Shown here: positions 1 through 12,464 of the stretch, one piece after another | Numbering within the stretch: the stretch's first letter is position 1 | How the letters are laid out: every line of letters begins with the position of its first letter | DNA from: Octopus vulgaris | Taxonomy: Eukaryota | Assembly (NCBI GenBank): GCA_951406725.2 | Contig: OX597831.1 | Coordinates: 6,076,001 to 6,140,000, forward strand | Direction of reading: 5' to 3' | Length of the DNA: 64,000 bases | Made by a program: the position numbers and the translations under genes | The notes under the pieces: model-generated | Databases searched by the model: none | What the model saw: only the letters and a program-made list of their open reading frames with translations | What the model was told of the DNA's origin: nothing

Positions 1-360
1 TCGGTGATACCTTTCTATCAGTGGTTTTTAACTCTTTGTGAACATTGTAGATGTAAGATCTGGCAACTTTTGAAAACTGAGCTCTCTTAATCAACGTGCC
101 CAGCCTTTAAGGCCACAAATACAGCATACCTTTTCATTTCTAGAGTAAGCTGAGTGTCTACCATTATTATTTTGTAAAACATAATAAATGATATAAGAGT
201 GGATGTGTGGTAAGTAGCTTGCTAACCAACCACATGGTTCCGGGTTCAGTCCCACTGCGTGGCATCTTGGGCAAGTGTCTTCTGCTATAGCCTCGGGCCG
301 ACCAATGCCTTGTGAGTGGATTTGGTAGACGGAAACTGAAAGAAGCCTGTCGTATATATG

Positions 361-393
<33 letters not shown>

Positions 394-666
394 TTGTGTG
401 TCTGTGTTTGTCCCCTAGCATTGCTTGACAACCGATGGTGGTGTGTTTACGTCCCCATCACTTAGCGGTTCAGCAAAAGAGACCGATAGAATAAGTACTG
501 GGCTTACAAAGAATAATTCCCGGGGTCGATTTGCTCAACTAAAGGTGGTGCTCCAGCATGGCCGCAGTCAAATGACTGAAACAAGAAAAAGAGTAAAAGA
601 GAGAGTAAAGAGAGTTAATTTAAAAACTGTAATAATTCATAAATGTCATATTCTCAAATAGCCTAC
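1..666 (-). mobile_element. Tc1/mariner (maT-like) transposon 5' relic, interrupted by a SINE
   Basis: 1-190 resembles 7735-7930. It ends in the TIR-like TCTCAAATAGCCTACACGCCCTG-TA, matching the TIR at 7965-7992. Confidence 0.6.
195..615 (+). mobile_element. SINE family A (tRNA-like head, internal TA/TG microsatellite, AAGAGT tail)
   Basis: Head GTGG.TGTGTGGTAAG...GGTTCAGTCCC (Pol III A/B-box-like). Near-identical copies recur across the window. Confidence 0.85.
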
Positions 667-694
667 ACGCCCTGTATGTATGTATGTATGTATG

Positions 695-726
<32 letters not shown>

Positions 727-1662
727 TGTATGTATATTTGTATGTATGTGTATATGTGTGTGCATGTGTATATTTGTATGTGTGCATGTGTGTGTGTGTG
801 TGTTCTCTTTCATATTCAATTATTTATAATCTTCTGGTAAGGATGCTAGCTTCTAACAAAGATACAATATTCCATCACTGTAATAATGCAAATAACAAAA
901 ACAGTGTCATATTTTGAATTTGGGAAATTCTTGCAATATTTCACTGTTCCGCTTACAGTTTGTGTTTGAAACGTGAGTATCAGCTGGTTGGTTTTCTCTT
1001 CTTAAAACCCTAGCTTCTCCAGATTGTCGCTAAGGCGTTTCCTCACAAAATCGAGTGCAGCAAATATTATTGGTATAAATGTGAATTTATATGGCTATAA
1101 TAGAAGCCGAAAGTTTTGAAGCAGTCGTCTTTTGTTATTCTCTTTCACATTGATTTTTAAAGAGACATTCCCATCGGCAACAAAGCTAACCTGTATGGCA
1201 ATACACGCCTTTTCTTCTGTCCCAAGCAACTAAATCCAGCCTGTTATCTTTAGACTGTGTACAAGTTTTGGTGGGAACATTCCACCAATATATCGTGTGT
1301 TGATGTTTAAGTATGAATTCAGTAACAGCAAGACTTTCTATATTTGTCTCACAAATGTCATATTTTCAGATATGTATGTACATACGTGTGTACATATGTA
1401 TGAGTGTGTATTTGTGTGTGTGTTATTTTATTTCTCTTTTTAATTTTGGAGTAAATTTTGCCAGGCCCCCTACTTGGTGGTAAGGTTGTATAGGAAAGCC
1501 TCTTGTTTTGTTCATCAGCCCTTCAAAATCATATCCACTTACAAGGCTTTGGTCGGCTCCAGGCTATAGTAGAAGATGCTTGCTCAAGGTGCCATACCAC
1601 GGGACTGAACCCAGAACCATGTGGTTGGTAAGCAAGCTACTTACCACACAGCTACTCCTGCA

Positions 1663-1692
<30 letters not shown>

Positions 1693-1699
<7 letters not shown>

Positions 1700-1920
1700 C
1701 ATGTAAAAAGCACCATCCGATCGTGGCCGTTTGCCAGCCTCGTCTGGCACATAAAAAGCACCCACTACACTCTCGGAGTGGTTGGCATTAGGAAGGGCAT
1801 CCAGCTGTAGAAACACTGCCAGATCAGACTGGGCCTGGTGCAGCCTTCTGGCTTCCCAGACCCCAGTTGAACCATCCAACCCATGCTAGCATGAGAAGCG
1901 GACGCTAAACGATGATGATG
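1693..1920 (+). mobile_element. SINE-like family C with (GAT)n tail
   Basis: GGTTGGCATTAGGAAGGGCATCCAGCTGTAGAAAC...CCATGCTAGCATG...GGACGCTAAACGATGATG. Other copies at ~26707, 29340, 39145, 41200, 46235, 49100, 53140, 55967, 58915, 59720, 61870. Confidence 0.75.
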
Positions 1921-2001
1921 TATATATATATACACACGCATACATATATATACACACAAATACATCATCATCATCATCATCATCATTTAGCGTCCTAACG
2001 C

Positions 2002-2047
<46 letters not shown>

Positions 2048-2088
2048 TATACACACACATACACACATCGTACATATATGATTGTGTA

Positions 2089-2305
2089 TGAGGGAATGCT
2101 GAAAAGTTCCGGGCTTCGGGTAAAAGAAAATGCTAGAGGATCAGTTAATTATGATTTTATCCAATATATTCCCTTCTTAGATTCACACACTTATTGCAGT
2201 CGTCCTTCAGTTTTTCTAAGCCCTGTAAAAGAACTCAGAAGGTTGGGTCTCCTACCAGGCCATTCACAATACCCTTAAAGCCAGGAACTTTTCAGCACTC
2301 CCTCG
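2089..2305. mobile_element. Mariner-type MITE
   Basis: TIRs TGAGGGAATGCTGAAAAGTTCC / GGAACTTTTCAGCACTCCCTCG, flanked by TA on both sides. Confidence 0.75.
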
Positions 2306-2603
2306 TATATGCTAACACACATAAAGTTTTCTGCTGATATACACAGCTCTCTTTCTTGACAGCTCAGCAAATGAATGAAGTTTTTATCATGAACATTATT
2401 GGACTTGGTTAACTGATGTCATGCTATGACTTCATACAGTTCCTCACCATCACTCATCACACATCACTAACCTTTAATTCATGTCTCTTTCACTCTCTTC
2501 CCTTACTTTGGCAGTTAATAGTTTTGCACATGTGTTAAATAAATTAGAAGCACATTGGTATTTCTCAGGTCATGTTGACATAAACTTATATTATTGCTAA
2601 TTT

Positions 2604-3017
2604 AAGGCAGCGAGCTGGCAGAAACGTTAGCACGCTGGGTGAAATGCGTAGCCGTATTTCGTCTGCCGTTACGTTCTGAGTTCAAATTCTGCCGAGGTCA
2701 ACTTTGCCTTTTGTCCTTTCGGGGTCGATAAATTAAGTACCAGTTATGCACTGAGATCGATGTAATCGACTTAATCCCTTTGTCCGTCCTTGTTTGTCCC
2801 CTGTGTTTAGCCCCTTGTGGGTAGTAAAGAAATAAGTATTTCATCTGCCGCTACGTTCTGAGTTCAAATTCCGCCAAGGTCGACTTTGCCTTTCATCCGT
2901 TCGGGGTCGATAAATTAAGTACCAGTTTCGCACTGGGATCGATGTAATCGACTTAATCCCTTTGTCCGTCCTTGTTTGTCCCCTCTATGTTTAGCCCCTT
3001 GTGGGCAATAAAGAAAT
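2604..3017 (+). mobile_element. SINE family B (Meta-domain-like), dimeric
   Basis: Head AAGGCAGCGAGCTGGCAGAAACGTTAG plus two ~184-bp units containing GCCTTTCATCC.TTCGGGGTCGATAAATTAAGTACCAG. Confidence 0.75.
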
Positions 3018-3061
3018 ATATATATATATTATTGCTAATTAGAATTAGATAGTGCAATAGC

Positions 3062-4150
3062 GTTTGCATGTGTGTGTGTGTGTGCAAGTGTGTATAGATG
3101 TGTGTGTGCATGTGCATGTGTATATGTCTTCGTGTGTGTGTATGTGTGTTTGTTTATGTGTATATATGTGTGTATATGTATGTGTGTGCATGTGTGTTTG
3201 TGCGTGTGTATGTATACATGCATGTTTATGTATATGTATGTGTGTGTATGTGTGTGCATGTGTGTGAATGCATGCGTGTTTATGTGTGTGTGCATGTGTG
3301 TGTATGTGTGTGTGCATGTATGTGTGCACATGTGTATGTGTGCATGCATGCGTTTATGTGTGTGCATGTGTGTGTATGCATGTCTGTTTATGTGTGTGTG
3401 CATGTGTGCATGCGTGTGTGTGTGCATATGTGTGTGTGTATGCATGTGTGTTTATGTGCATGTATGTGTGTGTGCATTTGTGTGTATACATGTGTTTATG
3501 GGTATATATGTGTATGAATATATGTATGTGTGTATGCATGTGTGTGCGTATGTCTAAGCAAGCATGTTTATGTGTGTATGTGCATGTGTGTCTGCATATG
3601 TGTGTATGTGTGTGAGCATGTGTATGTGTGCATGCGTTTATGTGTGTGTATGTATGTGTCTGCATGTGTGTGTATGCATGTCTGTTTATGTGTGTGTGCA
3701 GGTGTGTGTGTGTGCATGTGTGTGTATGCATGTGTGTTTATGTGCATGTATGTGTGTGTGCATGTATGTGTGTATGCATGCATGTGCATATGTATGTATG
3801 TGTGTATGTATGTGTGCATGTGTGTGTGTATACTTGCACATTTATGTGTATGTATGTGTGTGCATGTGCATGTGTATCTGTATGTATGCGTGTTTCCGTG
3901 TGTATATGTGTCTGCATGTGTGTGTCTATACGTGTGTGTGCATCCATGCATGTTTATGTGTGTGTGTGTGTGCATGTGTGTTTATGTGTGTGTGTGTGTG
4001 TGTTCATGTGTGTGTGTGTGCATGTGTATGTACATGTGTGTGTGTATCCATGATTGTTTATGTATGTGTATGTGTGTGTGTGCATGTGTGTGTGTGTGTG
4101 TGTGTGCATGTGTGTGTGTGCAGGCATATATGTATGTCGGCACATGCATG
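3062..4150. repeat. Degenerate (TG)/(CATG)/(TATG) simple-sequence tract
   Basis: About 1.1 kb of alternating purine-pyrimidine low-complexity sequence. Confidence 0.9.
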
Positions 4151-4361
4151 TATAAACAGCGAACCAACGACATTTATCGTTAATTGTAATATAAAATAAT
4201 AAGTTAAATTAATAAATTGGTAAGCAATCGCTGATAAGCCTCAAGGAATTTGAGATTAGGGGGCAGTTTGAGACTGTGGAAAGCCCTGAGGTTAATCCAC
4301 AGGGTTTAATTCCTCCGTCAGTCTTAATATATTCATTAAACATGAATATATCACCCACTGA

Positions 4362-4745
4362 GTGGAGGTGCAATGGCCCAGTGGTTAGGGCAGCAGACTT
4401 GCCGTCGTAGGATCGCGGTTTCGATTCCCAGACTGGGTGTTGTGAGTGTTTATTGAGCGAAAACACCTAAAGCTCCACGAGGCTCCAGCAGGGGATGGTG
4501 GTGATCCCTGCTGTACTCTTTCACCACAACTTTCTTTCACTCTTACTTCCTGTTTCTGTTGTACCTGTATTTCAAAGGGCCGGCTTTGTCACTCTCTGTG
4601 TCACGCTGAATATCCCCGAGAACTACGTTAAGGGTACACGTGTCTGTGGAGTGCTCAGCCACTTACACGTTAATTTCATGAGCAGGCTGTTCCGTTGATC
4701 AGATCAACCGGAACCCTCGTCGTCGTAACCAACGGAGTGCTTCCA
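4362..4745 (+). mobile_element. tRNA-derived SINE family D
   Basis: Head GTGGAGGTGCAATGGCCCAGTGGTTAGGG...GGTTTCGATTCCC. Related copies at 22120-22460(-), 54590-54775(-), 55169-55870 and 57170-57500. Confidence 0.8.
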
Positions 4746-4845
4746 TTCCCATCACCCACTGTCTATGTGTCTGGTTGGCTGGTTATTGGGTCATCTCTGA
4801 GGATGAAGAAGGTGACGATGATAGAGATAATAATAATGATGATGA

Positions 4846-4877
<32 letters not shown>

Positions 4878-4880
<3 letters not shown>

Positions 4881-5265
4881 CATAGGTGTGGCTGTGTGGT
4901 AAGTAGCTTGCTTACCAACCACATGGTTCCAGGTTCAGTCCCACAGCGTGGCACCTGGGGCAAGTGTCTTCTGCTATAGCCTTGGGCCAACCAAAGCCTT
5001 GTGAGTGATTTTGGTAGACGGAAACTGAAAGAAGCCCATCATATAAATGTATATGTGTGTGTTTGTGTGTCTGTTTGTCATCCCAACATCGCTTGACAAT
5101 CAATGCTGGTGTGTTTAGGTCCCTGTAACTTAGCAGTTCGGCAAAAGAGACCGATAGAATAAGTACTAGGCTTACAAAGAATAAGTCCTGGGGTCGATTT
5201 GCTCGACTAAAGGCGGTGCTCCAGCATGGCCACAGTCAAATGACTGAAACAAGTAAAAGAGTAGA
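4878..5265 (+). mobile_element. SINE family A
   Basis: Full-length match to the 195-615 copy. Confidence 0.85.
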
Positions 5266-5911
5266 AAGTTTATGGTACAAAGCCAGCAACAGTTGACAAA
5301 CTGAAGACATTCATTTAACAAGAATGGATACAAATACCAAACAAACTGCCCCCTGATGTTGGGATTCCCTTGTTTTTTATATTATCAGCAGTGTCAGAAC
5401 TGGAACAGTCATCATTTTGGAAACAGGCAGTCATAGAAAAATTGAATTCTGTCAGTAGATTCCATTAAATTTAGAAAACGAAATGTATTTTAATACATTG
5501 CTTCTCAAACTATCTGATGCCCTTCCTAATATCAACCACTCTGCAGAGTGGACTTCGTGCTTTTTATGTGGCACCAGCACAGGTGAGGTCAGTTTTAGCT
5601 AGGTTTTTGCAGTTGGATGCCCTTCCAAACACCTACCATTTTAGAGTATGGGCTGGATGCTTTTAAGAGGTGCCTGCACTGACAGGGTCACCAAGTACTT
5701 GCAAGGCAAAAAAAAAGCAAACTTTCAAGAGGGGCGGGACAATGGAGGTGATCTTGTGTCAGATGATTGAAGTTTATAGTGAGACAGAGAGACAAACAGG
5801 TGTCTTGCTGTCAAGAAAGTACAAAGCTAGCTAGCCAGGGGGTGGAGAGAGAGAGAAATAGGTGCACTACTGCATAAGAAATACATGGTTACTCAACCTG
5901 AGGGAAGTGCA

Positions 5912-5943
<32 letters not shown>

Positions 5944-6214
5944 AGACCGCACAGTCATACCTGTACCTATATATATAAATACATATATTTCATGTTGAAA
6001 TTCTAGTGTGTGTATGTGTGTGTATGTATGTATATATATATATATATACAGGGTGTGTAAGATATTTGAGGACAGATTTATGTTTATAACAAAAACAGAT
6101 ATATAATAACTTTATTTATCAAAAAATTCTATGAGGATAAAAATAAACCTTCTTTTCTACAATGTTATTCAATAAAGCCGCCTTCAGCTTCAACAATTGC
6201 TTCTATATGAGATC

Positions 6215-6215
<1 letters not shown>

Positions 6216-6247
<32 letters not shown>

Positions 6248-6503
6248 AATTATTGTATACAGTGCTCAGGTGCACCACAACTTGTTAAAATGTGCGTATA
6301 AAGCATATGCAGTAATGTACAAATGTCTGGGAGGTGAACAATGTATGAGTCAGATACATGCTTGCATGTGTATGGAGGGGAGAAAATCAGGTGTAGTGCT
6401 GGCGAATCTCAGGAAGCATGGAAGTTTTGAAGGATGCAGTGCTCCGACAACTAACAACTGATGCCGGCAGTCTGTTCCATGCTTCAGCAACTCTCAGCGT
6501 GAA
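6216..6503 (-). mobile_element. CR1/L2-like LINE 3' end with (TTA)n tail
   Basis: Minus strand encodes FTLRVAEAWNRLPASVVSCRSTASFK, typical of a CR1-group ORF2 C-terminus. Related pieces at 49725-49910 and ~59625-59685. Confidence 0.7.
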
Positions 6504-7147
6504 ATCATCTACATGAAAATCATCTACATGCTTGAATCAAATGGTCCTGGTTTATTGTGGACATTACTCTGACTATGGCCACTTTCAAAAGATCTTTCGT
6601 GTTAGGGACACGTTCACTGTCCTCTCTCTTAACAATGCTCCACATGAATTGTGATCTGGGGAATTAGGGAGCCAAATGTGAGGAGTTATGTGATCATGGA
6701 AATTTTCAGCCATCCATTCCTGTGTTACTGGAGCCATGTGTGATAGTGCAGAGTCTTACTGAAACACATATGGCCTTCCATTGCATACACTGTCTATCCA
6801 GGGCTTAACAATTATTTCCAGGACCTCAATGTAGGAAGCAGAGTTAACTCTAAGGCCTTACGGAAAGAAGTAAGGTGGCATCACATGTCCTTCATTGCTG
6901 ACAACCCCTAAAACCATGACAGTTGCAGGAAATTTCGTATGCATAACACTTGGAATTTCAGAAAGATCTGCACATAACCATCTGTCATTTCTTCTGTTAA
7001 CTTTTTGTTCTTGGTCGAAGTTTTTTTCGTTTGAGAGAAACCAAATCAAATCTTCTTCTGCTGGATTTTTCAGTTTGTTTAAGAGCTTTTTAGATCTGAT
7101 GTAGCGATTTTCTTTTGCTTTTTCTGACAATTTGACCTTTCCTCATC

Positions 7148-7558
7148 AGGAGTGGCTGTGTGGTAAGTAGCTTGCTAACCAACCACATGGTTCCGGGTTC
7201 AGTCCCACTGCATGGCATCTTGGGCAAGTGTCTTCTGCTATAGCCCCGGACCGACCAATGCCTTGTGAGTGGATTTGGTAGACGGTAACTGAAAGAAGCC
7301 TGTCGTATATATGTATATATGTGTATGTATGTGTGTGTTTGTGTGTGTGTGTTTGTCCCCTAGCATTGCTTGACAACCAATGCTGGTGTGTTTATGTCCC
7401 CGTCACTTAGCGGTTCAGCAAAAGAGACCGATAGAATAAGTACTGGGCTTACAAAGAATAAGTCCCGGGGTCGATTTGCTCGACTAAAGGCGGTGCTCCA
7501 GCATGGCTGCAGTCAAATGACTGAAACAAGTAAAAGAGTAAAAGAGTAAAAGAGAGTA
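7148..7558 (+). mobile_element. SINE family A inserted in the maT transposase
   Basis: Full-length family A copy that splits the transposase remnants. Confidence 0.85.
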
Positions 7559-7993
7559 TATAAGACTTATATCTGATGTCTTTGTGGACAACAGTTTTGA
7601 CTGTTCCTTCTAACACATGGAGATCTTTTGCAATTGACCTCATGGAATTTCTGGGATTATAATCAATGGTCTGTTGAACTTGCTGGATGAATTCAGGTTT
7701 CAGAGTGTTTAGAATGCTTTTTATGCTTTGATACTGGTGATACATTTCCATCTTCAGTCTCTAGCTCCTTAAAAACTTTGTAGATGAAAGATCTTGCAAC
7801 TTTTAAAAATCAAGATATTTCTAAATCGCTATGCTCAGCCTTTATAACCACAATAACAGCATGTCTCTTCATTTCTTGAGTAAGCTGAGGGTCTGCCATT
7901 ATTATTTTGTGAAACAAAGATTATATAGAGTTAGCAAAAATACAGCAATGACCCAAAAAAGGTATGTCCTCAAATACCTTACGCACCCTGTAT

Positions 7994-8342
7994 ATCTATT
8001 ATATAAAATCCCTTCTGTCTGTCTGTGTGTGTGTCTTCTAGGATCTCGGGCATCCTCCATCTGATTGCGCTCAAATTTGATATGTAGATACCGACTGTAT
8101 CAGGGCGTGTATAAGTCTTGAAAAAGTTGGAAAAATCGATTCCAGGTGAGAATGTGATCGATAAAGCATTCTTTGGAATAGAAAAAAGTCTATCTTTATT
8201 TCTTCTTTTGCTGGTGTCTCAAATTTAGGTTAAATCAGTGTTTCTCAAAGGGGAGGCCTATGGGACGGTCAGACAAGTTGAAAATTTGGTTTAAATGTTT
8301 AACAACTCAGCACTGTCCATTGGACAAGGGGCGTTTTGCTCG
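7994..8342 (+). mobile_element. Non-autonomous Helitron-like element
   Basis: 5' TCTATTATATAAA followed by a CTGT repeat; 3' hairpin TGTCCATTGGACA and a CTCG-T end (CTAG variant). Confidence 0.5.
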
Positions 8343-8361
8343 TGTATATATATATATATAT

Positions 8362-8540
8362 ATTACGGAGATGTACTCGCATAGCAAGTGATTTGATCTG
8401 AGATTGTGTGCTGGAACGAAAACAATTGCAGCGTGGAAAGTGTTTGTAAGCCATTTAAGAAACACACAAAAGCCGTTGTGAATCGAACGGCTTGTGTGTT
8501 TCTTAAATGGCTTACAAACACTTTCCACGCTGCAATTGTT
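8362..8540. repeat. Asymmetric fold-back element between (TA)n tracts
   Basis: Arms 8421-8477 / 8486-8540, identical except for a 2-nt indel, plus a unique 60-bp tail. Confidence 0.85.
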
Positions 8541-9430
8541 ATATATATAGGAAAACGAAAATGAGTCAAGTCAAAGAATTTAGAGTAGTGAGCAGCATGT
8601 ATTTGAACAAAAAAGATAAATAACAGTATATCATATGCCATTTAAGATAAATTCATAATTTATCAACATTATTACTTCCAGAGAGAATAAAACCTGGTGG
8701 CAATTGACACCAACCACCAAAAAAAAAAGGGCAGATAATTTGAAAAATCAGGAACTCACTAAACTTGATTTGCTGTGAGAGAAAAGATTTTTGGAGACAC
8801 AGGGACATCTGTGGATATGTTACTAACTCAATAGGCTTCATAAGAACAGCAGTTGCCCTACATTACCTCCAGCAGAATGAGATACTAAGATAGATATATA
8901 TATATATTTATATATATATATAAAAGAAAATATGTGTGTTAGTGTGTTAAAACTTCTCTAGCTGGGCAAGCTGTTACAAGCAAAACTCAATGTCCTGCTC
9001 AAATTGACATCATAAATAAATTTCACTCTATAAAATGTATTGAGTTCTATTGTTTATAAATATTTTATTGTTTCCTGCATATTAATCAACAATAATTATT
9101 AAAAGTGATTTGTTTTGTAAGATTGGAACAATGCAAGAAAAGAAATTAAAAAAAAGTATTTTTATCTTATATTTCTATATTTTAGGGCTATGACACTTTC
9201 TTCAGGACATTTGGAAAAGCGGGTCGGAAAAGATCATTGCTCAGATGAGTGGGGAGGAAGGAGAAAGGTGACATGTACAGAGAGGTGTTGCTAATACATA
9301 CACTTGTGTGTCTGTATGTGAATGTGTGTGTGGGTGTGTGTGCATGAAAGTTTTTGATAATTCTTGATACAATCACAATATTAAAAAAGAGTTCCTTCAA
9401 TTAAGAATTATCAATTATATTAATATATAT

Positions 9431-9820
9431 AGGCGTAGGAGTGGCCGAGTGGTAAGTGTAGCTTGCTTATGAACCATATGGTTCCAGGTTCAGTCCTACT
9501 GTGTGGTACATTGGGCAAGTGTCTTCTACTATAGCCTCGGGCCAACCAAAGCCTTGTGAGTGACAGAAACTGAAAGAAGCCTGTCGTATATATGTATATA
9601 TATGTGTATGTGTGTGTATATGTTTGTGCGTCTGTGTTTGTCCCCCCCCCCCCCCCGCAACATCGCTTGACAACCGATGCGGTTCGGCAAAAGAGCCCAA
9701 TAGAATAAGTACTAGGTACTAGGCTCACAAAGAATAAGTCCTGGGGTCAATTTGCTTGACTAAAGGTGGTGCTTCAGCATGGCCACAGACACATGACTGA
9801 AACAAGTAAAAGAGTAGAGA

Positions 9821-9822
<2 letters not shown>
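9431..9822 (+). mobile_element. SINE family A (internally deleted)
   Basis: Match to the family A head and tail. Confidence 0.8.
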
Positions 9823-9883
<61 letters not shown>

Positions 9884-10519
9884 CACACACACAAGCTGTC
9901 CTTAAAAGAACAGAATGACATGAACTTTTTATGAAAGTTCGTGGATTGAATGTAAGCACTTTCGCTATTTACAGCTTTTCAAACACACGTGGGGTAATTT
10001 GTACAGAGGAATTTTTGTCAGAAATGTTGTCTATTTTCGTTTAATTTCAGATTTTGAATTCTTATAAACAAATCTTCTTTTGCCTATCATCATTGATCTT
10101 TTTCTTCCTTTATTTTGAAAAAAAGGTGGGAAAAAATAAAAGGGAAATAGAATAAAAAAGGAATATAAATATTTTGAATTTTTCATTTGCACAAAGATGT
10201 ATAATACACCGAGATGAATAATTTTTTTTATATAATTAATAACTTTAAGTTACAGAAAATCTCTCTTCAAATGTATATATTTGTGGGAGACTGCCACAAA
10301 CACACGTTTCCGTCTACCAAATCCACAAAACTTTTACTAGAAAAAGATTAAATTCTTTATTTATCACAATTTAATTATAAGGAAACAAAGGAACAGAAAA
10401 AGAAGAAAAAAAAGGGAGGATTAAGTAGCCGAAGATGGAATTGGTGGTGGGGACACCCCAGAATGATCAGGCATGATCAACCGAGTCCTATGTTACTGCA
10501 GGGAGTGGCCAAATTGATA

Positions 10520-10600
10520 GTGCCTTCGATGTTTCGGCTTACTCGCTTTCATCAGCCTGACGAAAATAAACTAGCTGAAACTTCGAAATTACAGTCAGCA
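10520..10600. ncRNA. Two degenerate back-to-back hammerhead-like motifs
   Basis: Minus: CTGATGA-AAGC-GAGTAA-GCC-GAAA-CATCG-AA. Plus: CTGACGA...TTC-GAAA-TTACAG-TC. Stem I is missing in both. Confidence 0.3.
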
Positions 10601-10704
10601 GTAAAAGTTAATAAATTCTAAAAACTATAGAGTTTAATGGAAAAGATCCGATCCGTCTAATGTCAAGTCGTTTTAAATAACATGATATAAAAACAAACAT
10701 TAAT

Positions 10705-10723
10705 ATGTATGTATGTATGTATG

Positions 10724-10759
<36 letters not shown>

Positions 10760-10960
10760 TGTATGTATGTATGTATGTATGTATGTATGTATGTGTGTGT
10801 ATGTATGTATGTATGTATGTATGTATGTATGTATGTATGTATGTATGTATGTGTCTGTGTGTATGTATGTATGTATGTATGTATGTATGTATGTGTCTGT
10901 GTGTATGTATGTATGTATGTATGTGTGTATGTGTGTATGTATGTACGCATGCATGCATGT
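10705..10960. repeat. (TATG)n microsatellite
   Basis: Directly visible. Confidence 0.95.
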
Positions 10961-11089
10961 ACTAAAAACTACTTAATTCAGAGCGAAAATATACACAGCG
11001 AAACTATTTTGTTTACCATTCCAAACAAATTAAAGTGACACTTCAAATGCCAAAACTGCGCATTTCCCGCCCATTTGATAGCACTGCTC

Positions 11090-11137
<48 letters not shown>

Positions 11138-11959
11138 TGGTTTAAATTTGGACTGTTTTAGCTCGAAGCTATTAATTTGAAGCCATTCGCTGAGGTAAAA
11201 GAACAATCCTTAACAGGAAAGACGTAGGACAAGTGATGAAAGCTGACATACTGTAATTTCTCAGAGTAATTAATTTAGTTTCTAAAAAAGAAAAATAATA
11301 GCTCACACACGGTTTTGTTTTATTGGAGTATTCGTGTGTAGGATGAGAAAGGTGCGGTGGTGAGAAAGTTAAACTGAATCCTTAGTCTAGGTAAGGATGA
11401 GGTGGGAAAAAGAGAATGTATAAGAAAATTATAGAGATAGATAAAGATTGAATTATTTATATTGGAGTTGGTAATTGGAAAGAGAGGGGGAAAATAAGAG
11501 ACAGAGAAAAGAGAGACAGATTGGGGAGGTAGAGAATGGGAGAGAGAAATAATGAGAAAGAGGAGAAAAACGAGAGAGAGAGAGAGAGGGAATGAGAAAG
11601 AGAGAGAGAAAGAGTAAAAGTACTTTTACTGAAGTTGGTAAAAAAAAAAAAGAGGGAAAGAAAAAGAGGGAAAGAGTAAGAGGAAAGAAAATAACTTATA
11701 TAGAGAGAGAAACATTAAAAGTATAGTGAAGGAAGCGTAAAAGGGATAGTGAGAGGAGGAAGAGTAGAGAAATATAGGGAGGGAGAGATAAAGGACTAAC
11801 AGAGGGGGAGAGAGAGTAAGAGAGAGAAAGAAGGAAAAAGAGAAAGATAAAGAAAGACAGAGATAGAGAAGCTTTAGAATTATTTTTATTAGTGAAAGAT
11901 ATAGAGAGGGAGGGAGGGAGAAAGTGAGAGAAAGAGGGAAAGGGGAGTGTGAGTGAAAT

Positions 11960-12275
11960 TCTTCGTCAATGGTAGCGTGTAGACCGCGTGATAGTCTCTT
12001 CACCAATCAGAGGTGAGAACAGAGAAACGGTTGGCTGCTATTTCTCTCTCTCTCTCTCTCTCCCTCTCCCCTTTTTTCTCTCTATATAATACATTACTGC
12101 CTCGGCTTTACTATCTCACTCTTTCTGTAGCACACTATTGTCTCACCCTTTCTTTCTCCCTCACTGCACTCTGTCTTCGCCGTTTCTCTCATCGTAATCT
12201 CCATATATACACCTCTGAGTCAAATACCATGAAATATTCATTAAGAAACACTGTCGGATTTCTTCCGTCAGTTTA
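11960..12275 (+). promoter_or_regulatory. Putative promoter of the Spot14-family gene
   Basis: CCAATCAG at ~12003, ACCGCGTGAT (SRE/E-box-like) at ~11982, CGTCA half-site at ~11964, CT-rich tract, and Inr-like TCAGTT at 12268, ~200 nt upstream of the ATG. Confidence 0.4.
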
Positions 12276-12464
12276 AAGAAAAACAAAAACACAGCACAGA
12301 CGAGCAATCAGACACAATCAAGCGCAGTTGTCAAGGATATTATCATTCAAATTCACTACCGTCTCTGTTGCGATTTTCAATATTGATATATTCTCAATCC
12401 AGCTATTTTCTCTTCCTCATTGAAATATTTATTATTATACATACATATATTTCTTGCTTTCACA

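Larger units (their letters stand above)
6049..7990 (-). mobile_element. Degenerate maT/DD37D-like Tc1/mariner transposon with nested SINE and LINE fragment
   Basis: TIRs TA-CAGGGTGTGTAAGATATTTGAGGACA / TGTCCTCAAATACCTTACGCACCCTG-TA. Transposase pieces NPRNSMRSIAKDL (7560-7750), IWFLSNEKNF..NRRNDRW..KFPATVMVLGVVS (6858-7130) and a PNSPD motif near 6655-6670. Confidence 0.8.

Noticed and set aside
167-661. Recurrent ORFs such as RGYSRRHLPKMPRSGTEPGTMWLVSK
   Set aside because: Translations of SINE family A copies.
3035-4199. Long Cys/Val/Met or His/Thr ORFs (also 10.6, 13.3, 15.1, 32.1, 38.7, 50.3, 59.9 and 62 kb)
   Set aside because: Translations of microsatellites; open in several frames on both strands.
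4362-4445. tRNA genes at SINE heads
   Set aside because: A/B boxes are present, but there is no intact acceptor stem and they continue into SINE bodies.
8780-9215. Possible additional minus-strand hammerheads (CTGGAGG..GAAG near 8870; CTGAAGA near 9200)
   Set aside because: Core or stems too degenerate to support by eye.
12420-12464. N-terminal extension of the Spot14 ORF from a TTG start
   Set aside because: Eukaryotic gene; the first ATG in good context is at 12465.
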